The notes under the pieces were generated by a model that had not been told where the DNA came from, did no database searches, and worked only from the letters and a program-made list of their open reading frames with translations. This document shows positions 1-10,460 of a stretch of DNA of 64,000 nt, piece after piece. The DNA lies in IMG/VR virus record IMGVR_UViG_3300009103_000015, positions 1 through 64,000 of that record, one strand, 5' to 3'. Source of the DNA: a virus. Numbering within the stretch: position 1 is the stretch's first letter; each line of letters begins with the position of its first letter. A program made the translations under genes and the position numbers.

Positions 1-1143
1 GAATCATTAGCAAAAGAAGATATTCATTTTGGAATAAGCGATTACACTTCAGGTGGTAGTCCATCAGAACAACAAGATGCATTCAATAGTGCATTTGGTG
101 TAAGCACTCCAGAAGAAGAAGAACAGATAGAAGATTCCATTGATGATAAAATGAATCCAATCGAATCAGCATACTTTGATATTAAAAGTGAATATTGGGA
201 ATCGTTTATTGATGATCCAGTAAAGTTAGATGAATTTTTACAACGTGTTGAAAGTTTGAGAGCAGATGCAGAGCAAGCTGTCGCAACAATTCCAAGACGA
301 AGATCAGGTTTCTATACTCGCAGAAACTTTGACGAAGTGGAATGGCTTAACACTGTAATTAATGATATGCAAGGAATCATAAGACAAGCAGAACCAATGA
401 AGAATAACGGTTTATTTGAATCATTTCCAAGAGGTAATGTAGGCGAATCATTAGCAAGAGAAGATCAAATTCACACACAAGATGGTTGGTGGAGAAATGT
501 GCAAGATGTTGATTTTAACTTTGAATCATTACAGAAAGCAATAGCAGATATAGAATCTGCAATGAATGGTGCATCAACTTCAGAGATGATACAATTACAG
601 CAAGAATATGATTACTATAATGAACTTCTTGCAAAATTCACAGAAGATAAAAGTAATTTAGATAAATATGGTATTGTTAATCAAGACACACCAGAATATT
701 CAACTGCACCTTGGGGAATATACGAATCAAACGCAAAAGCAGTATGGAAATCTTATGAAATGGAAGATGAGTATGAAACTCAAATGCATGGACAAGGTTG
801 GAATACTGAAACAGATGAAGAAGAAGATGATCAATCTAAAGTATCACTGAACATAAATAGTGGAACTTTAACAGACAAACAAATAGAGACAGAAGAACAT
901 CATACTAAATCAGATAAAGATTCTACATCACCAGATGATGAAGGATTTTCAACTTCAAACATAGTATCAGGAAACTATGAAAAGGTAATTGGCTACAATC
1001 CTGATCCAAACCACAATCTAGGAGATCACAAATTGAAATCCAAGAAAGGAGAACGTCGTTCACAAGACAATCCAGCTAGCGAAACTCAAACATTTTATTC
1101 AAACATAATTGGTAAACTATCTGGCTTAGAAAGTGACGAATGA
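1..1143 (+). CDS. Acidic ES(K/L)AxE-motif protein 1, 5'-truncated (candidate internal head protein)
   Basis: Frame 1 is open from base 1 (ESLAKEDIHFG...) into the 151 ORF. D/E-rich; ESLAKE at 1, ESLARE at 445. Confidence 0.75.
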   Translation, partial: ESLAKEDIHFGISDYTSGGSPSEQQDAFNSAFGVSTPEEEEQIEDSIDDKMNPIESAYFDIKSEYWESFIDDPVKLDEFLQRVESLRADAEQAVATIPRRRSGFYTRRNFDEVEWLNTVINDMQGIIRQAEPMKNNGLFESFPRGNVGESLAREDQIHTQDGWWRNVQDVDFNFESLQKAIADIESAMNGASTSEMIQLQQEYDYYNELLAKFTEDKSNLDKYGIVNQDTPEYSTAPWGIYESNAKAVWKSYEMEDEYETQMHGQGWNTETDEEEDDQSKVSLNINSGTLTDKQIETEEHHTKSDKDSTSPDDEGFSTSNIVSGNYEKVIGYNPDPNHNLGDHKLKSKKGERRSQDNPASETQTFYSNIIGKLSGLESDE

Positions 1144-2720
1144 TGACCAGACAATGTCCAGAATGTTCAAGGGTTTTTGAAGACGAAGATACATTATTTG
1201 ACCACTTATTAGATACACATGGATATTCAATGGATCAAGCTGAAGATACTATTGATCTTTTGGATCTTTATGCCACACCTTCTGTAAATAAAGAATCAAA
1301 AGCAAAAGAAAGTATGGAAGATGAAGCTGGTCTTTGGTGGGATTCATTATCTATAAGCGATAGAGAAAATCTAATTGGTGGTGGTGCACAATCAGATTCT
1401 TGGCATTTAGATAAACATCTAAGTTGGAGTGAACTTCAAACAAGACCTAACTATGATCCAAGTCAACCTTTCTTTGATTCATCTACTACTGTTAATGATA
1501 TTCTCACAATCTATGTGTCAAGTTTCTATAAAGCACAAGGATTAGATGATGAACAATGGGATGAAACTGGTGGAGATTGGGATGGAAACATGAGACCAGA
1601 TTGGTCAGATACAGGTGGTCAATCAAATACTTGGTTTGGTTCAGTATTGAATCCTACATTAACTACAAGAAGTGGAAACATATTAAACTATGAATCAAAA
1701 GCAATAGAAGATGGATATTCAACAGCAAGAAGAATAATGAAACAACAAATTAGAGTTATGAGAGAAGACGGTGATACTGATGGTGCAGATGATCTTGAAT
1801 GGAAATTAGAAAATGGTTATTATGATGAATTTGGTGCAACTGGAACGCAGAATCCTGATCTTGCTGAATCCCATGCAATAGAAGTTTCATCAGAGGAAGA
1901 AGAAGTTGGTTCAGATCTATGGCAAGCTCTAGCAGAAGGAAATTTGTTAGGCGATTATGTTTTCGGTGGTATATTCAACTTTGAAATAACAATGCCTGAA
2001 TGGGCAACAGATCCACAGATAGATGTTGGTTCTATTGGTTGGTTTGAACTTTCAGATGCAGACAAACAAAATGTTGTTAATCATTTTGGTGGAGTAGATG
2101 GAATGAAAGAAAAACTATGTGATGAAGGTTGGAGTAGTTATTGTGAAGATGAAGATGGTTTTGAATCAAAAGCTAGAGAAGATAAATTAGACAAAGCACA
2201 ATTAGATATTGATGACGAAGAAGAATTTATGAATCAGGTAGATATAGCACAGAAATCAGATAATCAGAATCCATTGTTTGATATGGAAGCATTACAAAAG
2301 AAATATTCAATGTGTAATTCATGTATGGATAAAGCTTTCAAATCATTAACAAATGAATCACAAATGGCAGATGCAATGTATTCACAATGGCGTGGAACTG
2401 CAATAGGTGATGAAAGAAATTATGAGAATTGGGAAACTTTTGCATTAGCTAATGGTGTATCACAACAAGAAGCAATAGATACTTGGGAAAAATTGAATCC
2501 ATCATACGGATTTGAATCAAAAGCAATCGAAGAAATTGTTGATGATGATGGAATAAATGCAATTTGGAAATGTTCAATATGTGGAATATCTATAAGTATT
2601 CCTTCTGATTACATGGGAGATTCTGAAATACCAACACAACATCTAATGATTGATCATGGTATGACAAGAGATGAAGCTAATGATCTTGCAGAAAAAGAAA
2701 CAGATTATGGTGATTATTAA
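1140..2720 (+). CDS. Acidic modular protein 2 with N- and C-terminal C2H2-like fingers and five ESxAxE motifs
   Basis: CPEC..HLLDTH and CSIC..HLMIDH; ESKAKE, ESKAIE, ESHAIE, ESKARE, ESKAIE. Confidence 0.8.
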   Translation: MMTRQCPECSRVFEDEDTLFDHLLDTHGYSMDQAEDTIDLLDLYATPSVNKESKAKESMEDEAGLWWDSLSISDRENLIGGGAQSDSWHLDKHLSWSELQTRPNYDPSQPFFDSSTTVNDILTIYVSSFYKAQGLDDEQWDETGGDWDGNMRPDWSDTGGQSNTWFGSVLNPTLTTRSGNILNYESKAIEDGYSTARRIMKQQIRVMREDGDTDGADDLEWKLENGYYDEFGATGTQNPDLAESHAIEVSSEEEEVGSDLWQALAEGNLLGDYVFGGIFNFEITMPEWATDPQIDVGSIGWFELSDADKQNVVNHFGGVDGMKEKLCDEGWSSYCEDEDGFESKAREDKLDKAQLDIDDEEEFMNQVDIAQKSDNQNPLFDMEALQKKYSMCNSCMDKAFKSLTNESQMADAMYSQWRGTAIGDERNYENWETFALANGVSQQEAIDTWEKLNPSYGFESKAIEEIVDDDGINAIWKCSICGISISIPSDYMGDSEIPTQHLMIDHGMTRDEANDLAEKETDYGDY

Positions 2721-2722
2721 TC

Positions 2723-3955
2723 ATGGCAGATTTGAGAGACTTAGTTTATTCAGAATGGACTGATGGTTCACATTCAGCAAATCAAATGAATGAGATTGCA
2801 GATGTTTTGAATTTAGATTATGAAAATATGTCTATTGATGACTTAGATTATTTATTAGATGATGAATTAGAAGACATTAATCTTTTTACAGAAGATGAGG
2901 TAGAACAGATAGCACTTATACTCGGAGTGAAAGCAACAGAAGATTATGAAACTCCACAAGAATTAATAGTAGATGATGAAGAAGAAACAGGAATAATTGA
3001 TGCTGAAGATGTTGGTAGTGAAGATCCATTCAATGTCAAAGGTTTAACAGACAATCCATTATTTGATTATGAATCAAAATCAAAAGAAGTAAGAGATCCT
3101 CCACAACATTTACAAGATTTAATCCCAACGACAGGGACAGTTCAAGATTCTCATTTGAATCCAGAGTTAGAAAAATTAAGAATACTACTCAATCTTAATT
3201 ATGAAGTTAGTAATAATGGTGGAGATAATTGGCAATGGGGTGGTAATGATGAAGATCTAAATATAATCAATAATTTTGGTCTAAGTGCTGTTAGAGAATT
3301 ATACGAAACCCAAGTAGAGTTTGGAGAAACCGATGATGAAGAATTAGATGATTTAGTTAATGGAGAATTATTTGATAAAGCATTAGCAGAAGTTGAAGCT
3401 AAATTAGATGAACAGATTAGTTTAGCAGAACAAGAATATGAACAGAACAGACAGAAAGAACAGGTAGATGCTTTTGGTTTTTGGGGTAATGAATCTAAAG
3501 CAATAGAAGATTCAGCTTTGCCTGCTGGTTGGACACAAGATCAAGTTGATTTATTTTATGATGGTGGCGACATTGACGAAGAACCTAATGATGACGAAGC
3601 AGAACTCTATGATCTAATTAGAGATAGAGAAGATTCAAAAGAAACAGAACCTCTAACAATGCCAGTCGAAGAGATTCCAATAGAACCAATGTCTCCAGAA
3701 GAATTGAAAAAATACAAAGGCAAACTTGGTGGAGATGAATTAGGATATTCAGATGATATGAAAGATTATCAAGCAAAAAAAGAAGAAGAAGAAGATGAAG
3801 AAGAGGTAGAAGAAACAGGTGTTAGTTCTGATGAATACCCACAAGATAGAAAAGATAACACAGTAAACATTCCTTTTACAGAAGCACAGCTTTTGCAGAA
3901 AGGAAGTGAATCTTATAAAGTATTAGAAAATAATGCAAGCATAAGGTTTGAATAA
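2723..3955 (+). CDS. Acidic modular protein 3
   Basis: 410 aa, very D/E-rich; KATE, ESKSKE, ESKAIE, KGSE. Confidence 0.8.
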   Translation: MADLRDLVYSEWTDGSHSANQMNEIADVLNLDYENMSIDDLDYLLDDELEDINLFTEDEVEQIALILGVKATEDYETPQELIVDDEEETGIIDAEDVGSEDPFNVKGLTDNPLFDYESKSKEVRDPPQHLQDLIPTTGTVQDSHLNPELEKLRILLNLNYEVSNNGGDNWQWGGNDEDLNIINNFGLSAVRELYETQVEFGETDDEELDDLVNGELFDKALAEVEAKLDEQISLAEQEYEQNRQKEQVDAFGFWGNESKAIEDSALPAGWTQDQVDLFYDGGDIDEEPNDDEAELYDLIRDREDSKETEPLTMPVEEIPIEPMSPEELKKYKGKLGGDELGYSDDMKDYQAKKEEEEDEEEVEETGVSSDEYPQDRKDNTVNIPFTEAQLLQKGSESYKVLENNASIRFE

Positions 3956-3957
3956 AA

Positions 3958-5385
3958 TTGTTATCTGACGAATCAATAAATTATTGTCCAGAGTGTCAAA
4001 AATATTTTGATGACCCTGATGAATTAGAAGTTCATAAGAATGTAAAGCATGGTGGAAAACAGAATACTTTGTTTGAGCAATTAGTTCCACAATACTTAGA
4101 CCAACAGAATATTATGATTGAAGATCAAAGTTTTTCATTACCACCTCCTAGAAAACACGCAGATTATAATGAAGCAAAAGCAAATTGGGAAGGTATGTGG
4201 GAAGCTGAAAGAATTAAAGTTTTGAAAGATGCAATGTTAGATACAGAATACTGTGAATATTCTTTCTCTGAATTACCTGAAGATGTTCAGAATAAAATCT
4301 ATTTCACTTTACAGAAATATGCTACCACTAGAAACGCATCTGGTTTTGAAAATGAGCAGAATATAACAGATGATGGAGTAGATTCTACTTCTGTTGATGG
4401 TCAATTTGATGATCATGATTCTGTAAAAGATAACGAGTTTGATTTTGGTGTTCTACCTTTAGCAAGTATTGGATTAGATGTTGCAAAGAGTTTAGAACCA
4501 TCTATTAGACTTAAGGCAAAACAGTATCTGAAACAAGATGAAGCAATTCCATTAGATTGTCCACAATGTAAAAAATTCAGGGGAAGACCACATGAACTTT
4601 ACATTCATCTAAGAACTCAAGGATTTGATAATGAAAATGCAAAACGTATAACAGATAGACAAATTAGTGATTGGAAAAGAGAACAGATAGACAAGATACA
4701 GAAACAAAACTCTGCTGATCAGATTAAACAAAAGAAAGGACTTCTTTCTGGTTTATTTGAATCTAAATCAGATGAATACATAATGCAATGGAATGGATTA
4801 GAAGACTTAGCAAACAGTTTAACTTCTGAAATGTTAGATAATTTATCTTACAAAGAATTACAAAGTCTAATGATTCAGGTAGAAAGAAACATAGAATTGA
4901 TAAAAGATTCATTGAATGAACCAGAGCATTTAGGAATACAGAATGATAACAGTAAAGCAAGATTAATTCTATCACAACTTGAGTTAGGAGTTGCAGAAAT
5001 AGAAAGTAAATTCTTTGATGCTAAGAACAGAGAAGATAAGAGAGAATACTTTTCTCCATTAGAAGATTACATGAATAATCCACGTTATACTTTTGAATCC
5101 ATGTTAAAGTCAGAAATTCTAAGTCCTTATGAAATCAGTAATAGAAATGGAGAGGTTATTTCACAACACGTTGAGACTGAAGAAGAAGTTCAAGAAATAA
5201 TTAACAGATATCAATCAGAATATGTTGAGAAACACTATGGTAGTCAAGATGCGATTATAGTTAGAGATTCAATAGGAAATGATGTAAGTAGAATGTTTAA
5301 GAACGCAATTCAAGAATGGGAAACTACTTCCATAGAAAATATTGATAAGCAATTAGAATATACAGAAAGAGGGTTAGGAATTTGA
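3958..5385 (+). CDS. Acidic modular protein 4 with C2H2-like fingers
   Basis: CPECQKYF..HKNVKH, CPQC..HELYIH; ESKSDE; TTG start. Confidence 0.78.
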   Translation: MLSDESINYCPECQKYFDDPDELEVHKNVKHGGKQNTLFEQLVPQYLDQQNIMIEDQSFSLPPPRKHADYNEAKANWEGMWEAERIKVLKDAMLDTEYCEYSFSELPEDVQNKIYFTLQKYATTRNASGFENEQNITDDGVDSTSVDGQFDDHDSVKDNEFDFGVLPLASIGLDVAKSLEPSIRLKAKQYLKQDEAIPLDCPQCKKFRGRPHELYIHLRTQGFDNENAKRITDRQISDWKREQIDKIQKQNSADQIKQKKGLLSGLFESKSDEYIMQWNGLEDLANSLTSEMLDNLSYKELQSLMIQVERNIELIKDSLNEPEHLGIQNDNSKARLILSQLELGVAEIESKFFDAKNREDKREYFSPLEDYMNNPRYTFESMLKSEILSPYEISNRNGEVISQHVETEEEVQEIINRYQSEYVEKHYGSQDAIIVRDSIGNDVSRMFKNAIQEWETTSIENIDKQLEYTERGLGI

Positions 5386-7829
5386 AAATATCACAAGAAA
5401 AAATGAATGATAGGATAAACTCTTGGAATAGAATGGATTCCAATATAAGATCAGATACTCTAAGACAAGCTGGAGTTCCTGAAGACTTTATTGATCCAGT
5501 AAGAAGATTAGACTTTTGGGAGATAGAATCAAACTATCCAGAGATAGCAGAATGGCTAATAGAAACTCAAGGTTTGTTTAACGAATCTCCATTTGAAAGT
5601 AGTTTAGATGAATGGCAAAAGAAAACTCAAAACATTTCAATCAATGATCCAAATCAGTATTGGGATCTAACAGATATCATTGGAGAAAGAAAAGCAAGTG
5701 AATATCTCTTACCTGAAGCAATAGATGATGAAATAGATCATCATCCATCTGGTGTTGCATTTACTTGCAATCTATGTGGAGAAGATTTAGCTGACGATGA
5801 TAATGGAGATGGGGATATTAGACCTGAAGATAAAGATTCAATATTAGCTCATTTTCGTGACCAACATGGAATAACAGAATCAAAAGCAAGTGAAGATGAC
5901 AAATCAGATTGGGTATTGAATACAGGACTTCCTCATGTTAAGTATGATGCAGATAATCCTATTCCAGAAGATATGTTAGGACAGGCATTCAAACTTGCTA
6001 ATCAAACTGACAGAGAGGGTTTAGAATGTCCACGATGTCATGAAAAAACAATGTTCATGTTAATTCTACCAGAAATGTTATGTTCTAACTGTGGTCTAAG
6101 ATATTCTCTTGAATCTTTTGCAAAAGAAATACTAGGATTCGATGAATTACAAACTGAAGATTTAACTTATGAAGAAATTGTAGAATTAACAAAAGGAATA
6201 CCAATAGATGAGATACCTGAAAAGTTAAGACACGCTGGTATGAAATTACAATTTGATAAAGATTTCAAAGCAGGGGATAATCCTTACGTTGGAAATTGGG
6301 AAAACTTTTCAAAAGAACGTGAATTATATTTACCAGATCATTTTGATTTAGACGAACAGAGATTAGAAGATATTGATGATGGTTATGCAACAGCAGATCT
6401 AATTAAGTGTAATATTTGTGGAATGAAATTTGATTTGGAAGATTCTAATGGAGAAAGAGATGCAATACGTCATTTGAAAGATCATAATATTACAGAATCA
6501 GGTTTCAACTTTGAAGATATAGTAGAAGGTGAACCAATGAAAGAAACAGGTAAACTAAGAGAAAGATTTCCTAGAGGATTTGTAAACTTTAATAAAAAAA
6601 GAGAAGAAGAAATCCAACAAGAAATAAGAGATGCTGGTGGAATAGACGGTATCATTGCAAGATCTCAAGTAAAACCAATAGATTCCTATCAAGATTGGCT
6701 TAGAAAAAATGCAAAGAATAATTCATGGAATAAAATTGGAAGGGAAGGTTCATCACAAATAGACATACTATACGCAGAGAAAGAATCAATAGAGCAAGAA
6801 ATCAATCAATTAGAAAATGATTCAATTAGAATTGGATTGGTTGGAAGCGATCAAGAATTAATAGCAATAGATGATGAGATAATAAAAAAGCAACAAGAGT
6901 TAGAAAATATAGAAAAAGAAATAGATAATTTTGCAGGGGAGACTGATTGGAAACAATTCACTAAGGATTTTTTTTTACATCAAGAAGACGACATACATGA
7001 CTTATTAGAAAGACAGAGAAATAACGATAAGAATCTAAAGGACTACATTAGAAAAGAACAGGTTGAATCAACAGATAGTGAAGAAGAAAAGAAATTCCTA
7101 GATGATTATGGTAAGAATGTAAATTGGGATGAATCTAGTTTTTGGGATTTATTCAAAGACAACACAAAAGAAGTAGATCTATGGGATAATAATGATTACA
7201 ATAAATACAAACAAAAGTTTCTAAAGAAATATCCTAACTCAACAGAAGATGATTTTAAGAAACAAATACAGGGAAGTGATTACTATTCAAAAGAAGAATT
7301 GAATTGGTCAAGACAAAGACCATTGAATGATATTGAAAAAGAAATCTATCTGAAACGTGATGGAGATGATAGATATTTTTGGGAGAGAGATTTAGGAAGT
7401 TCAGATCCTTTCAATCCAAATAAGAAATCAGATGATGAATCAAAATCAAACGAAGGTTGGGAAGTTGAAGAAGAATTGTATCAACAATTATTAGATGGCG
7501 AAATTGGTTGGCATGAATTAACTCCTGAAATGAAAGCTGACATTAACAATTACATTGAAAAAAACAATCTAAGTGTAGAAACAAAATCAACCGAAGGTGG
7601 TTATGGAAGTGGAAAGAATAGACATGGATTCGGTCACAAGAAATGGATGAAAGATGCAGAGATTAATGATAGTATAATTAAATCAGAAGATATGAATAAA
7701 GATGCAATTCCATTAGAAGAATACACATATCATTCTAGAAAAGAAACTGATCATCACAAATCAAATCCAGAGATACGAAGGTTGAAAGATAGAATACGAA
7801 AGTTAGAACGCCAACTTGATGACGAATGA
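5382..7829 (+). CDS. Acidic modular protein 5 with Zn-finger modules and coiled coil
   Basis: CNLC..HFRDQH, CPRC..CSNC, CNIC..HLKDH; KASE, ESKASE, ESFAKE, ESKSNE, ETKSTE. Confidence 0.8.
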   Translation: MKISQEKMNDRINSWNRMDSNIRSDTLRQAGVPEDFIDPVRRLDFWEIESNYPEIAEWLIETQGLFNESPFESSLDEWQKKTQNISINDPNQYWDLTDIIGERKASEYLLPEAIDDEIDHHPSGVAFTCNLCGEDLADDDNGDGDIRPEDKDSILAHFRDQHGITESKASEDDKSDWVLNTGLPHVKYDADNPIPEDMLGQAFKLANQTDREGLECPRCHEKTMFMLILPEMLCSNCGLRYSLESFAKEILGFDELQTEDLTYEEIVELTKGIPIDEIPEKLRHAGMKLQFDKDFKAGDNPYVGNWENFSKERELYLPDHFDLDEQRLEDIDDGYATADLIKCNICGMKFDLEDSNGERDAIRHLKDHNITESGFNFEDIVEGEPMKETGKLRERFPRGFVNFNKKREEEIQQEIRDAGGIDGIIARSQVKPIDSYQDWLRKNAKNNSWNKIGREGSSQIDILYAEKESIEQEINQLENDSIRIGLVGSDQELIAIDDEIIKKQQELENIEKEIDNFAGETDWKQFTKDFFLHQEDDIHDLLERQRNNDKNLKDYIRKEQVESTDSEEEKKFLDDYGKNVNWDESSFWDLFKDNTKEVDLWDNNDYNKYKQKFLKKYPNSTEDDFKKQIQGSDYYSKEELNWSRQRPLNDIEKEIYLKRDGDDRYFWERDLGSSDPFNPNKKSDDESKSNEGWEVEEELYQQLLDGEIGWHELTPEMKADINNYIEKNNLSVETKSTEGGYGSGKNRHGFGHKKWMKDAEINDSIIKSEDMNKDAIPLEEYTYHSRKETDHHKSNPEIRRLKDRIRKLERQLDDE

Positions 7830-7862
7830 TATACTTTTAAAGTGTAATATAGAAGATTAGTT

Positions 7863-8078
7863 ATGCCAACAGATTCTGGAACTGGAACTCGTATTCTAGC
7901 ACAGTTAACAGGTGGAGATAAAACCGTTCAACAATTACTAGATAATATTACAGTTCCAAGTGGAAAGAAAACAAAAAGACATCAGTTGAAACATTGGTTA
8001 GAATATATGCTAACGAATGGAACAGTTAGTATGGCAAGTGGAACAAAATGGCATTCAGCTACATGGCATAAGGAATAG
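7863..8078 (+). CDS. Small winged-helix-like protein
   Basis: Pattern RILAQL-GGDKTVQQLLD...LEYMLTNGTV; own TATA-like box at ~7831. Confidence 0.5.
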   Translation: MPTDSGTGTRILAQLTGGDKTVQQLLDNITVPSGKKTKRHQLKHWLEYMLTNGTVSMASGTKWHSATWHKE

Positions 8079-8192
8079 AAATAGAATTGACACGTGGTAA
8101 AGTTTTAATTTGTTTAGAGTGTGGTGAATCTCCACGCCAGTGTGAATGTTTAACAACAAAACCTATATGGATCACATTGAAAGAAAAGATAG

Positions 8193-8630
8193 TTGCCAAA
8201 CAAAAACAAGATCAAAGGCACACGATTTGAATACGAATGGATGTATTACCTAATCTATCATCATTTTGATAATGTAAGATCATACGCAAGTAAAGGAGTT
8301 GCAGATGTTAGATCAGTTCCTCCAAGATGGGCTACAACAAAATTAGCATTGGCAAGTCAATGTAAGAATACAAAGAAAGGAGATTACATTGATCCAGCAG
8401 AACGTAGAAGATTGAAAGCATTTAATGAGAAATTTGCATACATAACAATAGAACCTTTCAAAGTAAATAGAACTTGTTTAGTGAAAATAGAACCTTGGTC
8501 ACTGAAAGGTAAACATCTACCACCTGATGAGTTTCTTAGAAAGTTCTATGGAATAAGTGCAGACAGTTGGTATGAATATAGAAGAAATTGGAAACGTGGA
8601 ATAAAACGACAACCGATATCAAAACGATAA
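8193..8630 (+). CDS. hjc: Archaeal-type Holliday junction resolvase (Hjc-like PD-(D/E)XK nuclease)
   Basis: KGTRFE, VRSYASKGVAD and SQCK match the Hjc motif order. Confidence 0.65.
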   Translation: MPNKNKIKGTRFEYEWMYYLIYHHFDNVRSYASKGVADVRSVPPRWATTKLALASQCKNTKKGDYIDPAERRRLKAFNEKFAYITIEPFKVNRTCLVKIEPWSLKGKHLPPDEFLRKFYGISADSWYEYRRNWKRGIKRQPISKR

Positions 8631-8670
8631 TCATCAATACATATTTTAGGTGTAAGACTGCGTTTAATGT

Positions 8671-9270
8671 ATGGTCAAAATACCAAAACCTGAAATGTTA
8701 GATCCAGAATCTCTTAAACCTTATGAACAGAATATCAAAGTTCATACTGAATCTCAAGTAGAAGGTATAATGAACAGCATGAAGAAATTTGGATTCTATG
8801 CTCCTATCGTAGTAGATGGAAAGAAGAATGTCATAATAGGACATGGAAGGTTAGAAGCTTCTAAGAGATTAGGTCTGAAAGAAGTTCCTGTTGTTAAACA
8901 GAAAAACATTTCAGAAGCAGATGCAAAGGCACTAAGAATTATTGATAATAGAATATCAGAAGTTGATTGGGATATTGATAACTTGAAATTAGAAATGGAT
9001 GATTTGAAAGAGTTTAACTTTGATGATTTCCATGTAGATTTAGAAGATCTATACACACCTAAATTACAAGACATTAACATTGACATAGATACTACTGACG
9101 AAAAGATGAAAGCATATCTTGAAGGTAGTGTTAAACAAATTACTTTGATATTCAGCAACGAAGAGTTTGAAAGAACAATATCACGAATGGAAAAGGCAGG
9201 TCAAGAATTAAAAGCTGAATCAAATACTGAAGTTCTGTTAAAACTACTAGATCATTACGAATCTCAATAG
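8671..9270 (+). CDS. ParB/Srx N-terminal domain protein
   Basis: LKPYEQN..H...SMKKFGF.APIVVD...IIGHGRLEA.K.LGLKEVPV...DNRISE. Confidence 0.85.
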   Translation: MVKIPKPEMLDPESLKPYEQNIKVHTESQVEGIMNSMKKFGFYAPIVVDGKKNVIIGHGRLEASKRLGLKEVPVVKQKNISEADAKALRIIDNRISEVDWDIDNLKLEMDDLKEFNFDDFHVDLEDLYTPKLQDINIDIDTTDEKMKAYLEGSVKQITLIFSNEEFERTISRMEKAGQELKAESNTEVLLKLLDHYESQ

Positions 9271-9303
9271 AATACTTAATAACATTATAAGACGATTAAA
9301 TTT

Positions 9304-10320
9304 ATGAAACTTAAAGAAATTCAACTGGAAAGAAATGAAATTACTAACTGGAAAGAATATGTAAAGCGACCAGCTAGAGATGATGACTATGAAACAATGT
9401 TAACAGAATCTTGCAAACTTATGGAAGGCGAAAAATTAATTGGTGTCTATATTGTATTACCTAAAACAAAAGAAACTGAATTATTGAGAGAAGTTGTGAG
9501 AAGAATAAATTATAATAGAAACAAAAGAACCTCTGGTTTGACTACAAATTCAAAGGTATTTGGATATCTTCCTAGAGAGATAATTAGAAAAGATTATTGT
9601 TCTTCTGCTGATTTAGCTACAACGAATGCAAAATATCATGCAGTTATTACACAGTTCGGAGAAACTCTAACTAAGAATTACAAAGAAAGTTGTCCAGAGA
9701 TGTTTGAATATCATAATGGAATAACAAAAGAAAAAATAAAAAAGGAATGGGTTATCAATAATACTCCATACACTTCAGGTATAATTAACAAAGATTCTCA
9801 ACTTAATTATCATTGGGATAGAGGAAACTACAAGAAAGTATTTTCAAACATGGTTGCTTTCAAAAACAAATGTGAAGGTGGACATTTAGCAATACCTGAA
9901 TACAATATTGGTTTAGAAATAGCAGATCTATCATTAACTTTCTTTGCTGGTCAAGAAGTTTTACATGGTGTCACTCCATTCAGAAATAATCAAGGTGGTT
10001 ATAGATACACTCTAGTTTATTACACAATGAATCAGATGTGGAAATGTGAAGATGTTTCAAAAGAAGTTGCTAGAATAAGAGAAAGAAAAACTCAACGTGA
10101 AAAGAACAGAGTGTTAAGATTACAGGGAAAGTTATCTGAAGAAGATGATCCAATAGGACAGCTTAGACAGAAAGTGAAAGATCCAAAACAATATATGAAT
10201 TATAATATATTTGCAGAATTAGGTATAGATAGAAAGTATCTAGGAGTTCCATTCACAAGGCTTCCAAAATACATACAAGAAAAATTAGTTCATTACAAAC
10301 AGAAGGAAAGAAAAGAATAA
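9304..10320 (+). CDS. TET/JBP-like 2-oxoglutarate/Fe(II) dioxygenase
   Basis: HxD (YHWDRGN), GG.L.IPEY, distal His (VLHGVTP) and 2OG-binding Arg (YRYTLVYY); adjacent to ParB as in viral TET/JBP loci. Confidence 0.8.
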   Translation: MKLKEIQLERNEITNWKEYVKRPARDDDYETMLTESCKLMEGEKLIGVYIVLPKTKETELLREVVRRINYNRNKRTSGLTTNSKVFGYLPREIIRKDYCSSADLATTNAKYHAVITQFGETLTKNYKESCPEMFEYHNGITKEKIKKEWVINNTPYTSGIINKDSQLNYHWDRGNYKKVFSNMVAFKNKCEGGHLAIPEYNIGLEIADLSLTFFAGQEVLHGVTPFRNNQGGYRYTLVYYTMNQMWKCEDVSKEVARIRERKTQREKNRVLRLQGKLSEEDDPIGQLRQKVKDPKQYMNYNIFAELGIDRKYLGVPFTRLPKYIQEKLVHYKQKERKE

Positions 10321-10460
10321 TGTTTACAGGTTTGGCAGACATTAATTCATTCTGGTCTATAATATCAATTTGTTTTTTCATTGGTGGTCTAACTATTGGT
10401 TGGGTTGCTAAAGATTGGAAGAAATCAGAAAAGCGTAGAGGTGATGGAAGATGGGATTAG
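10320..10460 (+). CDS. 46-aa single-TM membrane peptide (not in ORF track)
   Basis: MFTGLADINSFWSIISICFFIGGLTIGWVAKDWKK...; TAATG coupling to the upstream gene. Confidence 0.6.
   Translation: MFTGLADINSFWSIISICFFIGGLTIGWVAKDWKKSEKRRGDGRWD

Noticed and set aside
1293-7454. ESKAxE DNA repeats as a CRISPR array
   Set aside because: The repeats are degenerate, in-frame coding and irregularly spaced hundreds of nt apart. No cas genes are present.
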